In this document: positions 13,083-24,291 of the stretch, piece by piece
Position numbering within the stretch: the stretch's first letter is position 1
How the letters are laid out: every line of letters starts with the position of its first letter
NCBI GenBank assembly: GCA_963666315.2
Contig: CAXXHG010000032.1
Span: forward strand, 32,001 to 96,000
Reading direction: 5' to 3'
From: Candidatus Binatia bacterium
GTDB lineage: Bacteria > Desulfobacterota > Binatia > Bin18
DNA length: 64,000 nt
Position numbers and translations under genes: made by a program
Notes under the pieces: model-generated
Told to the model about the DNA's origin: nothing
What the model saw: only the letters and a program-made list of their open reading frames with translations
The model's database searches: none

Positions 13083-13476
13083 GCAGGTGTCCTCCTCAAC
13101 CGAGTTTATGCCGCACCCTCTTCACAGTCCTCGTCTGTTCTTTTATGCTTGTGCGGCGTGCCATAGGTGTTCTTCAGTTCCCTTAAAGAAGTCGGGATTT
13201 ATGCCCAATATCTTGACCGCGTATTCTCACTCCTCGACGGCTTCTTGCGGCGTATACCTGGGAATGGCCCCAGCGGCAGTATGACGGATGAAGAGAGGCG
13301 AAGGTCAGAAGCTAGTGTGGTAATCGCATTCTCGTCTGCAGGATGGCCCGGAAATGTCCATTCGGGCGCCGTTTGGGCATGTGTATCCGGCTAGCGCAGG
13401 GTAAGAAAATGGGGCCAGAAAAGCCTGACCCCATTTCTATTCTCCGTTTCTATTTTTCCGAGACCTACCCCGAGAC

Positions 13477-15310
13477 CTATCCAATAATGAGACCTTCGAA
13501 ATCACCCTGTTCGCGCCAGCTGGCGAGCATGTTGTAAAAGGGTACCGCGCCATCGGGGTATTGGGTCTCGATGAAACCCTGCCCCTCGTTTTTCCCCTCT
13601 CCATTGTAATATCCAGGAGTGCAGATGTTCTGGTACTCAGTCATGAAAGTCGGTCCGGTCACTATCTTCACCCACTCAGCCTCAGCCTCGGGGGTAGGTT
13701 CCAGTGACTTTGCTTCGCGTGCGTTCATCTGTGTGATGAGATGAGCGATGTGGATGGCCTGCCCGTTCAACATATAGGTGAAGTTCGGTGCGAGGCCCGG
13801 TTTGGGTGAGGACCCATGTGGAAGCAGTTCGGGAAGCCGTGGCTCAGGAAGCCGTGATAGGTCTTCATGCCGTCCGCCCAGTAGTCGGTCAGCGAGAGCC
13901 CGTCTCGGCCGTACATCTCGAACTCGGAGCGCCGCGTGTAAGCCGTCCCGACCTCGAAGCCCGTGGCGTAGATCAGGCAGTCCACTTCGTACTCGACGCC
14001 GTCCACGACCACCGCGTTCTCGGTCACGCGCTCGACACCCCTTCCCCTTGGAGTCTCACCAGCTTCACGTTGGGCCGGTTGAATGTGGGTAGATATTCGT
14101 CGTTGAAGGTCGGTCGCTTGCACCACTGTCCATACCACGGTTTGAGTGCCTCGGCCGTCTCCGAGTTGCTCACAGTCGAGGACACGCGCTCGCGAATCTC
14201 GTTCATCTTCTGGTAGTCGGCGATCTCCGACATGGCCGCCATGCCTTCGTCGGAGAGGTCCGAGTTCTCCTTGCCGGTGAGCAGTTCGGAGAGCTTCTTG
14301 AAGAGGCTCGTCCACTTGTCGCTGACGAGATCTTCATCAACAGGCAGCCCGGCTAAGATGGAGCAGAAGTTGGTGTTCCGATAGTCCTGCCATCCTGGCT
14401 CGAGCGTCTTCACCCATTCCGGGTCGGTCGGTGTGTTGCAGCGTTCGTCGACTGAGGACGGCGTGCGCTGGAACACGTAGAGCTGCTTGGCGTGCTCGCC
14501 GAGATGCGACACGGACTGAATCGCAGTGGCCCCGGTCCCAACGATGCCCACGCGTTTGTCGTTGAGTTTGTGCATGCCGCCGGTGGTATCGCCGCCGGTG
14601 TAGTCATAGTCCCAGCGACTGGTGTGGAAGCTATGACCCTTGAATTTCTCGATCCCAGGGATCGCGGGCAGCTTAGGCCGGTTCAAAGGCCCACTCGACA
14701 TGATCACAAAGCGCGCCTTGAAGATATCGCCGCGATCGGTCTTGACCGTCCAGGACTCTTCCTCATCGTCCAAGCGCGCAGTTTTTACCCTGGTCTGGAA
14801 GCAGGTCTGCTCGTAGAGGTTGAAGTGCTTGCCGATCCGCTGGGCGTGCGCAAAGATCTCCGGCGCGAAGGAGTATTTTTCCTTCGGGATGTATCCGGTC
14901 TCTTCGAGCAGCGGCAAATACACATAGGATTCGATGTCACACTGGGCGCCGGGATAGCGGTTCCAGTACCAGGTCCCGCCAAAATCTCCGGCCGTTTCGA
15001 TGATGCGAATATTGGTGATCCCGGCCTTCTGAAGCCGAGCCGCGGCAAGGAGGCCGCCAAAGCCCCCGCCGACGATCAGCACATCGAGCTCTTCTTGCAT
15101 CGCATGGCGCGTATAGCCCGGCTCGACGTAGGGGTCTACGTCGTAGCGCTCGTGCTCGCCTTTGATTTCCCGGTATTGGTTGTTCCCGTCCACGCGCAGA
15201 CGCTTGGTGCGTTCCGCGGCGTACTTCTGGCGCATTTCAGCAGGATCGAATCCCAGCTCTTCGGGAGTCGGAATTCCGCTCGGTTCGGATTGTGTTACAG
15301 CTTCACTCAT
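13477..15310 (-). pseudogene. Baeyer-Villiger monooxygenase (CPDMO/CDMO-like clade), frameshifted
   Basis: [29 protein letters not shown] fingerprint, [33 protein letters not shown]; single-base insertions near 14055 and 13800. Confidence 0.92.
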
Positions 15311-15602
15311 CGTGTCAGCCCTCTTTTTCGATTAGGACGCCTTCCTTGCGGCGCATCTCAATTGCTTTGTCATTCTCCCCGGCGGCATGCAAACCGCACA
15401 CCTCATGCAAAATCCGGTGTGCAGTGAATGCCTGGTCCCTCATTAGCATAGGCCGAATTTTTACACATCGATCCAAGTTTTACAAGATTCCACAAGGTGG
15501 CCGGCCAGTACATTATGGTTCGAATCACCTTTCCCCGGGTTCAGCGCTTGACGTCCCCCAGGGGTTCAAAGGATAATCGCCTACTAATGAAAGGAGACAT
15601 CC

Positions 15603-17852
15603 ATGGGGATAGTCCACGGGGAAAGAACTCTCAAAGAAGTCGTCGAGGAGCGCGAGCGCAACCAGGCTGAGACGGGCTCTTCGTACGGTCAGCGTGCGCT
15701 CCCACTCTTTGAGCATGAGCCAACTCAGCTTGAGCGGATTTACTGGAAACTTATCACGGCTACGCAGTATGGGCGGGACACGTCCATGCTGATCTCAACC
15801 TCGCCGAGTGCCATCACTGGCGAGTTGCTGCAGTTTGTCGCCACACCAGACGGACGTGCGGTTGCCTCGTCATGGGGTCTGTGTGGTCATTCCGGTGCCC
15901 TGCGGATGATGATCGGCACCATGGGCAGACTTGACTATGAGGAAGACCAGGGCATGGGAGGCATCCGCGACGGTGATATTTTCTCGTGTAATGACCCCGT
16001 GCATGGCAGCTCACAGAACAACGATATGTATACCGTTGTGCCGCTCTTTGCTGAAGACAAGCTCATTGGCTGGGCGGCAGGCAGCCTGCATCTGGTGGAT
16101 ATCGGGAGCGCGCTTACGCCAGGCATGGCCGGGGTGTCGCCGACCACCTATACCGATGGCTTGGTCGTTCCTCCGCAGAAGACGGGCCAGAACTTCGTCC
16201 AATCAAAATCCTGGGAGCTGACCCTTAAACGCCGTACGCGTATGGGGGTGATGAATGTGCTTGATGACAAAATGAAACTGGTCGGCGCGCTGATGGTCCG
16301 CGAGCGCGTCCTCAATATGGTGGAAGAGTTTGGCGCTGAGCGTTTTGTCCAAGCCATGCAAGAGATTATTGAGCGCGACCGGCGCGAGATCATTGCACGC
16401 ATAAAAGCCTGGCAGGTGCCGGCGATCTCGCATCATCCTAAGATTATTCATGTCACCCAAAAGGAGTATCTGGGCACTGCCTTTCCAGAGGCTGTGGACT
16501 GTACGCTCCACGTCCCGGCAACGTGTCAGATCAATCCCGATGGCACCATAACTCAGGATTTTCGAGGCGCCAGCTCTCAGGGGTTTCACCATTACAACTG
16601 TTATCCCGGCGGCTGGAATCTTGGCGCATATACGGACTTCCCTGTCCTGGCCATGGCCCCGGCAATGAGCAATGCCATCTATGAAATCGCGCGGCGCAAG
16701 ACCGATCCCGGCAGCATATGCCAACCAAGCCGGGATGACCTCGGCTCAGTTCATGGCTGCGTCATGGCCATTGATGCCCACAGCAATCTTGGCCGCGGCT
16801 ATGCCCTGGGGCGTTTCGCCAGGGGCTTTCTGGAAGAGGCCTGGGTCAACGAAGTCTTGTGGGGCATTAGCTCTTTTGAGGGTGAATTCGGCAACGGCAC
16901 CCCCTTTGCCAGTGCCGACTGGAGTCTGACTGCCAATATGCCCCTCGGCGTCACACCCTGGCGAGATGGGGTGCCTGTGGCAGTTGGCACCGGCAACCCG
17001 CTGTCTGATATTGGTGAGGCAGAAGAGTACGAGTTCCTGTGTCCGGCTATCACCCATGTCAGTCGGGGATTAGTCGCCGATGTGATGGTGCACGGCAAGT
17101 ATCGTGGACCTGTCGCTTTTGGCATAGGCTATCTCGTGACGAACCCCGGGGGGAAAATGACCTTCCATAGTACCGGCTCTCCAACCGGGACTTCTCCGGC
17201 CTGTGTCGTCGGGATCTGCGGCGGCTATCCCGCCCTGCCTGCTTACATTCTGCTTTTACACAAGACCAACGTCCAGGAACTCATCGACAAACAAATTCCT
17301 TTGCCACGCCATGTGCTCGAAGCGAGAGACTATCTGAAACAAGGGATACTCACCGCCGAGCAGATACACGACAACACTACAGAAACGCCCGAATGGGAAG
17401 TGGAAGACGGAGACCTGATCTATTATGCAAACGAGGCCGGCAGTTCGTGGGGTGAGCCGTTAGACCGAGATCCTGCTCGGGTTTGCTATGACCTGGAAGA
17501 AGGCTGGCTGTCGCCGGACGTGGCGAAAACAGTCTATGGCGTTGTGGCGCGAAATGCAGAAGTTGCAGGACATTCAGACCATGCACAACACACCTGGACC
17601 TTAGACGAGGAGGCAACTCAACAGGCCCGGAGTCGTATCAAAGAGCGCAGAAAACAACGCGCCATGCCTGTCCAAGACTGGTGGACAAACGAGCGCAAGC
17701 GAGTGCAGAACAACGATCTGCCTGAGCTGAGCCGAACGATGTACCAGGATTGTCTCCAATACGAAAAATTCCGGGACGAGTTTGTATCGTTTTGGCAGTT
17801 GGCGGACGGCGCGCATGCGGCTGGCGAACAAGAGGCAACGCATGGATCTTAA
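15603..17852 (+). CDS. Hydantoinase B/oxoprolinase-family protein, acetone carboxylase alpha-subunit-like (AcxB-like)
   Basis: GIRDGDIFSCNDP, LIGWAAGSLHLVDIG, HGKYRG, WGEPLDRDP, AKTVYGVV; AcxB-like N- and C-terminal extensions; intact ORF with RBS. Confidence 0.85.
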   Translation: MGIVHGERTLKEVVEERERNQAETGSSYGQRALPLFEHEPTQLERIYWKLITATQYGRDTSMLISTSPSAITGELLQFVATPDGRAVASSWGLCGHSGALRMMIGTMGRLDYEEDQGMGGIRDGDIFSCNDPVHGSSQNNDMYTVVPLFAEDKLIGWAAGSLHLVDIGSALTPGMAGVSPTTYTDGLVVPPQKTGQNFVQSKSWELTLKRRTRMGVMNVLDDKMKLVGALMVRERVLNMVEEFGAERFVQAMQEIIERDRREIIARIKAWQVPAISHHPKIIHVTQKEYLGTAFPEAVDCTLHVPATCQINPDGTITQDFRGASSQGFHHYNCYPGGWNLGAYTDFPVLAMAPAMSNAIYEIARRKTDPGSICQPSRDDLGSVHGCVMAIDAHSNLGRGYALGRFARGFLEEAWVNEVLWGISSFEGEFGNGTPFASADWSLTANMPLGVTPWRDGVPVAVGTGNPLSDIGEAEEYEFLCPAITHVSRGLVADVMVHGKYRGPVAFGIGYLVTNPGGKMTFHSTGSPTGTSPACVVGICGGYPALPAYILLLHKTNVQELIDKQIPLPRHVLEARDYLKQGILTAEQIHDNTTETPEWEVEDGDLIYYANEAGSSWGEPLDRDPARVCYDLEEGWLSPDVAKTVYGVVARNAEVAGHSDHAQHTWTLDEEATQQARSRIKERRKQRAMPVQDWWTNERKRVQNNDLPELSRTMYQDCLQYEKFRDEFVSFWQLADGAHAAGEQEATHGS

Positions 17853-18417
17853 AATGAAAGAGAAAATCCGGCTGCTGGTTGACGGACAGCTTCCTGAGGA
17901 TCAAGTCAAAGACCTCATCAGAATGCCAACCAAGGACCCGGACCGCTTCTGGACCTATCTGCAAGTTCTCCAGGAACGGGTGGCCTGGGACGACACCATG
18001 CTGCTCCGGATATCAGAGCATCTCTATATCGTGCAGAAAGAAGAGAGCGGCAAGGTAATCAGCAGGGTGGTCAAATGCGATTGTGGGCATGAATTCGGCG
18101 ACTATCGGACGAACTGGAAATTGCAGGCTATGATTGCCGTCCGGAAAACTACACCCGAGCTTGAAGAGGTGTATAACGCCGGCATCATGCCTGATCCTGA
18201 ACATTTGGAAGTGAGAGAATTCTACTGTCCAGGCTGCTCTGCCCAGCTCGGCGTTGAGGTTGCCCCGCATGGCTATCCCATTGTATTCGAACTCTTACCC
18301 GATTTGGACAGCCTATACCGGGAGTGGCTGGGCCGACCGCTAGCGGATGAAAGTCCGGACTGGTTTCAGGATCGTTCTTCTACGCTGACGGCTGCATGGG
18401 CCAAGGAAGTAGAATAA
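17842..18417 (+). CDS. Acetone carboxylase gamma-subunit-like protein (AcxC-like)
   Basis: KDPDRFWTYL, HLYIV, VKCDCGHEFGDYRTNWK, REFYCPGC zinc motifs, PDLDSLYREWLG. Confidence 0.88.
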   Translation: MDLKMKEKIRLLVDGQLPEDQVKDLIRMPTKDPDRFWTYLQVLQERVAWDDTMLLRISEHLYIVQKEESGKVISRVVKCDCGHEFGDYRTNWKLQAMIAVRKTTPELEEVYNAGIMPDPEHLEVREFYCPGCSAQLGVEVAPHGYPIVFELLPDLDSLYREWLGRPLADESPDWFQDRSSTLTAAWAKEVE

Positions 18418-20573
18418 TGACCGACCACGCACGCTATTTTCTGGCCCTAGATGCTGGCGGCACAATGACCGACTGTTACCTCTCAGACGAAGAGGGCAAC
18501 GGCTATATCGGCAAGAGCTTGACCGTCCCAGAGAATCAGGCGGAGAGTTATCTCGAATCGGTTGGCGACGCGGCCCAGGAAGCCGGCGTCACACGGAGTC
18601 AGGTCCACGCCGAAACCCAGCTCGCGATTTATGCCGGCACGACAATGACGAACTTGGTCATAACCGGAACTGGTTCGAAGGTGGGTCTGCTCGTCACTCG
18701 CGGCTTTGAACACTCTCCCTATATCGAGCGTGGACTCACCTGGCTCGGCCAAACGCGCCTGGAGCAAGCTAAATGGCAGCTGCACGAACACACGGCTCCG
18801 TTAGTTGTGCTCAGGCATGTGAAAGGCATCTCCGAACGTATTCTCGGCGGCAGTCCGTATCGCGCGGGACCTAAGCTGGCAGAAGGCACCGTTTTAATCC
18901 CCCTCAACGAAAAAGAAGTCGAAGCTGCGGTCCACCAATTCCTGGCTGAGGGGATCGAAGCCATCGGCATTGTCTTTCTGTGTTCATACACCAATTCCAG
19001 TCATGAGCAGCAAGCCCAAGCAATTGCTGAGCGCATAATTGCTGAGCGTAGGAAAAATATCCCAGTCGTGATTTCTGCTGATATTTGTGCCCGGCGCCAA
19101 GAAAGTACACGCATGAAGAGTGTCTTGATTGAGTGTTACGGGGCAGAGCAAACGCGCACCCAACTCCTGGCGGTTGAAGAGGCAGCCCAGGCAGACCACT
19201 ACCCATACGAACTGGGAACCTTGCTCTTATACGGTGCGGTGGCCAATATCCGACATCCGCGCCTGTATGAGACCGTGGTCTCAGGGCCCATAGGTGGCAT
19301 CCTGGGCGGCAAAGCCTTGGCCGATGCCAAAGGCTGGCAGAATGTCGTGTGCTGCGATCTGGGTGGAACCACTTTTGATGTTGCGCGATTGTGGATGGCC
19401 TGCTGCCAGTTGCGCGTAGTCTGGACTTCGCCCGCCATCGGCTCAACGCGCCGGCCTTAGGCATCGACTCCATCGGCTCAGGCGCAGGGACGGAAATCCA
19501 TGTAGACGCGCACTATAAACGGCTCACCTTAGGGCCGGAGAGTGCAGGTCCCCAGGTCGGCATGTGCTTGAACCATCCCGATATTACCGTAGCCGACGTA
19601 GACCTGGTGTTGGGCTATCTGTCGCCGGACAATTTTCTTGGCGGACGGGTCAAGCTTGATCGCGACAAGGCGCTCGCCGCACTTGAAGAGCGGCTTGCCC
19701 GGCCGCTCGGAATAGATGTGTACGAGGCCTGCGAAGGAGTCTTGGACATGATCCATGACTCCCTGGGCGATCATATTAACGGCTCATTGCTCAGTCGTGG
19801 GCTCAGTCCAGGAGCCTATGTTCTTTTGGTGTACGGCGGCAGCGGGCCACTTCACCTCTGGGGCGTGGCTGAGCGCGTGGAGGCGGCTGCGGTATGTACG
19901 GCACCGTGGGCGGCCGCGTTCTCTGCCTGGGGCATATCGGTGGCAGAAAGTTTTTCTCGGATTGAGAAAACCGTGGTGTGTACGCTCTCGCCAGGGTTGG
20001 CTGCTGACGAACGTCTCCAGGAAGCCCAGAAGGTCGCGGCAGCCTGGGCGTGAACTGGAAGAGCAGGCGTATGACGAACTCGCTCGGGTGGGGGTCTCCA
20101 AGGAGACGATCGACTTCCGCTATGGCATCTCCGCGCGCTATGTCGGCCAACTGTTTGTGAGCTGGAGCGCTCACGTACCGCGCGGCACAGTCGAAACGCA
20201 ACACGACGTTGATATGTTGATTGACAGTTTTGAGCAAGAGTTTGGTCGCATCTATCCGGTAGCCGGACGCTTCCCCGAGGCCGGCTATCAGATCGACGGC
20301 GCATTTATTGAAGCCGTGGTAGACAAACGTCCGCCCATTATTCGGCAGTTTGCGTTAGGAGATAAGACCCCCGACCCGGCGGCTTCGAAAGGACAGCGCA
20401 AAGCCTATTGGAAGAAGGAATGGTTGGACTTTAGCCTGTGGGACATGGACAGCCTCAGGGCGGGTAATGTGGTCGAAGGACCGGCGATTATCGAGCATTC
20501 TATGACCACGTTTGTCATCCCACCGGGGAAGCGGGTCGAATGGGATGAACATCAGGTGCTGTGGTATCGCTGA
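18417..20573 (+). pseudogene. Hydantoinase A/oxoprolinase-family ATPase, acetone carboxylase beta-subunit-like, two frameshifts
   Basis: LDAGGTMTD, SGPIGG, DLGGTTFDV, SIGSGAG, GPESAG, YGGSGPLH, GPAIIEH. Shifts near 19385 (-1) and 20047 (+1), both in G runs, so possibly sequencing errors. Confidence 0.85.
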
Positions 20574-20601
20574 TCCGAATCAAGGAAAAAGGAGGAATAC
20601 C

Positions 20602-21564
20602 ATGAATATGAAAGATCGACTCGACCCAGAACTGGCGGCTCCACTCGAGACCTTTCTTAGCCTGACCGGTGGCGGGCTCAACCTGTATGACATTCCGGCG
20701 ACCCGTAAGAGGATGGATGAGATGGCGGCAGCTCAGATGGCCAAGATGCCTGTAATCGAGGGAATCGCAAGCATGGATCGACATGTGCCTGGGCCTGATG
20801 GGGATGTGTTCGTTCGCATCTACCAGCCAACAGATCGGCCCGCAACGCTGCCTGCCCTGGTGTGGATACATGGTGGTGGCTATGTCCTCGGAAGCGTTGA
20901 GCGAGATGACCTGCTGGCCACGCATTTAGCCAAAGTCGCGCAGTGTCTGGTTGTATCGGTTGAGTACCGGATTGCTCCTGAATTTCCCTCTCCTGCCGCG
21001 GTTGAGGACAGCTATGCTGCGCTCAAGTGGTTGGCGACGCATACGAGCGAACTCGGTGTTGAGCTGTCGCGGATTGCCATCGGCGGAGCAAGCGCCGGCG
21101 GCGGGGTGGCGGCTGGCCTGGCACTATTGACCCGCGACCGAGCTGAAGTCGAGCTTGCCTTTCAACTGCTGATCTACCCCATGATCGATGACCGAAACGT
21201 CGTTGCCGCTAGCGAGACGCGGCCTGATACCTATGTGTGGACTCGGGAAAATAACCTCATGGGCTGGCGAGCCTACCTCGGGCGTGAGCCCGGCGGAGAA
21301 GATGTGTCGCCTTATGCTGCTGCCTCTCGGGCCACCGATCTGAGCGGTTTGCCTCCCGCCTATATTCCAGTAGGCGAACTGGATTTATTCTTGGACGAGA
21401 ACATCAATTACGCCCAGCGTCTGCTTGCGGCCGGAGTCCCGACCGAACTGCACGTGTATCCGGGCGCCTATCACGGCTTCAACGGTATTGCGCCCCGTGC
21501 AGATATCGCCCAGCGCTTAAATACTGAGCGCGATAACGCACTCAAACGGATGCTACAGCGTTAA
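20602..21564 (+). CDS. Alpha/beta hydrolase, hormone-sensitive-lipase-like esterase
   Basis: HGGGY oxyanion motif, GASAGG nucleophile elbow, GELDLFLDE, HGF; strong RBS. Confidence 0.92.
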   Translation: MNMKDRLDPELAAPLETFLSLTGGGLNLYDIPATRKRMDEMAAAQMAKMPVIEGIASMDRHVPGPDGDVFVRIYQPTDRPATLPALVWIHGGGYVLGSVERDDLLATHLAKVAQCLVVSVEYRIAPEFPSPAAVEDSYAALKWLATHTSELGVELSRIAIGGASAGGGVAAGLALLTRDRAEVELAFQLLIYPMIDDRNVVAASETRPDTYVWTRENNLMGWRAYLGREPGGEDVSPYAAASRATDLSGLPPAYIPVGELDLFLDENINYAQRLLAAGVPTELHVYPGAYHGFNGIAPRADIAQRLNTERDNALKRMLQR

Positions 21565-21573
21565 ATCGAAGCA

Positions 21574-21614
21574 CACGTTATTGGGCAAGTTCCGTGCTCT
21601 TACCCAATAACGTG
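21574..21614. terminator. Hairpin between convergent genes, probable terminator
   Basis: cacgttattggg...cccaataacgtg 12-bp perfect stem right after the esterase stop. Confidence 0.6.
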
Positions 21615-21690
21615 CTAATGTCCCTTCCCAGAAAGATTCTACGAACAGATCAGATGCACTGAGGCAGCCCTTAAAACCACAGCGGGGAGT

Positions 21691-22317
21691 TTAATCACTC
21701 ACTACACTCGCATGCACCTGCGGTGTGAAGCCTTGTCTCAAGGTATCGACGTATGATTTCGGCGTGAGGACGGTAACAGAGTCATTGGATCGAAAATTCC
21801 GCGCGAACCGGTAACCAGAAAAACTCCACTTATATACAGCATCATTCCAGACCATATAGGCGTGTGGTGGCATCTCGATCATTGTCCCGGCAGGCAACGA
21901 CTTCAGCGGTGCATCGTAAGTCACTTTTTTACCGCGCTTGAGTCGTTGTGTGTGTATGACGCGGTCAATTCGGTTTATGCCCTCGGACTGTCCTTCGAGT
22001 AAGTGGCGATTCGCCTGCAACCATGCGGCCTTGAATTCGTTGTAGCGTGGCCTACGACATGTCCCGCAAGGACGATGTCCGGCGGAAAAGGCCGTGGCCT
22101 CGTCGAGAAAGAAAAGCTCCGTCCAGGTCCGCGGTGACATCACCTGCCGTCGTCTGCCCTTGTATGCAAGCACGCAGGTAACCCAGCCCAGCACTGTGTG
22201 GGTGGTTACGATATTTTTATTAGCGTCGTGGACAATACCCCGATTACCGAGCAGCGTTCCACGATTTACGACGGCGTGACAGGCACCCCAGGGGTCAACT
22301 CTGTTCTGATACGGCAT
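21691..22317 (-). CDS. Conserved hypothetical protein with Ada-like RPCxxC metal motif
   Basis: MPYQNRVDPWG...RGTLLGNRG...TELFFLDEATAFSAGHRPCGTCRR. Confidence 0.7.
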   Translation of the reverse strand: MPYQNRVDPWGACHAVVNRGTLLGNRGIVHDANKNIVTTHTVLGWVTCVLAYKGRRRQVMSPRTWTELFFLDEATAFSAGHRPCGTCRRPRYNEFKAAWLQANRHLLEGQSEGINRIDRVIHTQRLKRGKKVTYDAPLKSLPAGTMIEMPPHAYMVWNDAVYKWSFSGYRFARNFRSNDSVTVLTPKSYVDTLRQGFTPQVHASVVSD

Positions 22318-22381
22318 AGAAATGAGCCATTTTCTTCTGGGGCATCTTCTTCCAAACTCGCCAAGGAGACGGAGCTCTGTT

Positions 22382-24212
22382 CTACGTGAGTTCCACGCCC
22401 TCCAGACGGCCGGTGGAACGCCACTCGTCCAGGATGCGGAAGAACTTGATGGGCCCGGCGCCGTAGGTGCCGGCGAAAAGTCCATTCGGGTTCCCGAGCT
22501 TACCCTCGTTGTTGTAGTACCCGGGCGTACACTCGGCATAGAATCGCTCGGCGATTTTGGCCTTGTCTTGCATCTCGGCCAGCCAGGCCTCTTCGGCTTC
22601 GAGGGTGGTCTCGATCCGCGTCGCGCCCTGTTGGCGAGCCTGATCGAGGATATAGGTCACGTGCTTGGCCTGCACCTTCAAGGCATGCGGCACGTTCACG
22701 GTGAGGGCAGTCTGAGTGAAGCCCAGGAAAAAGCAGTTCGGGAAACCGTTGGCCTGGAGGCCGTGCAAGGTGCGCCAGCCGTTGGCCCACTTGTCGCTGA
22801 GGGTGAGGCCGTTGCGACCGATGATGTCGTAGCCCGCCCGGCGGGTGTAGCTGGTACCGACCTCGAAGCCGGTGGCGAAGACGATGCAGTCGACCGGGTA
22901 CTCGGTACCGCCAACCACAATGCCGTGCTCCGTGATACACTCGACCCCCTTGCCGTCGGTGTCGACCAGTGTCACGTTCGGCCGGTTGAAGCTAGGCAGG
23001 TATTCATCGTGGAAGCACGGCCGCTTACAGAACTGCCGGTACCACGGCTTGAGGGCTTCGGCAGTAACTGGATCGTTAACGATGTCTTCGGCCCGAGAGC
23101 GGACCTGATTCATCTTTTGGAAGTCGACCATCTCCATGAGCTTGCCCTTCTCCCGCGGGGTGAGGCGTCGGCCCAGCTCACGGGAGGCGGTTTTGGCGGC
23201 GATGCCGGTAAGGTTGCGGAAGATCTCGGTCCAGCCGTCGCCGACGAGATCCTCTTCCTGGTCGCCACTGTTCACCAGGATGTTGAAGTTGTCCATGCGC
23301 CGCTGCTGCCAACCCGGCTCAAGGCTTTTGGCCCATTCCGGGTCGGCCTCATGGTTGTTGCGCACGTCGATCGACGATGGCGTACGCTAGAATACATACA
23401 GGTGCTTGGCCCACTGGCCGATAATGGGGAATGCACTGCACCGAGGTGCCGCCAGTGCCGATGATGGCCACCCGCTAATCGGCCAGGTCGGTGAGGTTCC
23501 CCTCGGAGTCGCCACCCGTGTAGTCGTAGTACCAGCGGCTGGTGTGGAAGGTGTGGCCCTTGAAGTCGGCGATGCCTGGGATACCCGGCAGCTTGGGCCG
23601 ATTGAGCGGTCCGTTGGCCATAGCCACGAATTGAGCCCGGATGCTGTCGCCTCGGTCGGTGTTAATAATCCAGCGTCCGCCAGTGTCATCCCAGCGCATC
23701 TCCGTCACCCCGGTCTGGAGGCAGGTGTTCTTGTAGAGGTCGTAGTGACGGGCAATGGCCTTGCTGTGCTCAAAGATTTCGGGCGCGAACGAGTATTTGT
23801 GTTTAGGGATGTAGTTCAACTCTTCGAGCAGCGGCAGATAACAATACGGCTCGACGTCGCACATGGCGCCGGGATAGCGGTTCCAATACCACGTGCCGCC
23901 GAAGTCGCCGGCCTTCTCAATCACCCGGATGTCGTCGAAGCCAGCCTCGCGTAGCCGTCCTCCCATGAGCAAACCGCCGAAGCCGCCGCCGATGATGGCC
24001 ACCTGCACCTTATCTTTGAGCGGGTCGCGCTCGATCCGCTCGGTGTAGGGGTCGTCGTTATAGCTGGCGAATGCGTCGGCGATCTCCTGGTACTGCTCAT
24101 TGCCATCCTCCCGCAGCCGTTTGTCACGCTCAAAACGGTACTTGGCCCGCAACTCAGTGGGATCAAATCCAAACTTTTCTACCGGGTCGCCGTCCAACAT
24201 GTCGATGCTCAT
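22382..24212 (-). pseudogene. Second CPDMO/CDMO-like Baeyer-Villiger monooxygenase, disrupted
   Basis: [42 protein letters not shown]. In-frame TAG at 23475-23477 and at 23387-23389 (VF*RTPS for VFQRTPS), plus a frameshift between them. Confidence 0.92.
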
Positions 24213-24291
24213 GATCTACTCCTCAAGTCCTAAAAAAAGATGAGCGGGTACTTTAAAGGACATTTTTTCGTGAGTCTATTGGGATCGGGCA

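Noticed and set aside
14492-15427. Long plus-strand ORFs opposite the BVMOs (also 22322-23464)
   Set aside because: Antisense shadows of GC-rich coding sequence, with no recognisable motifs.
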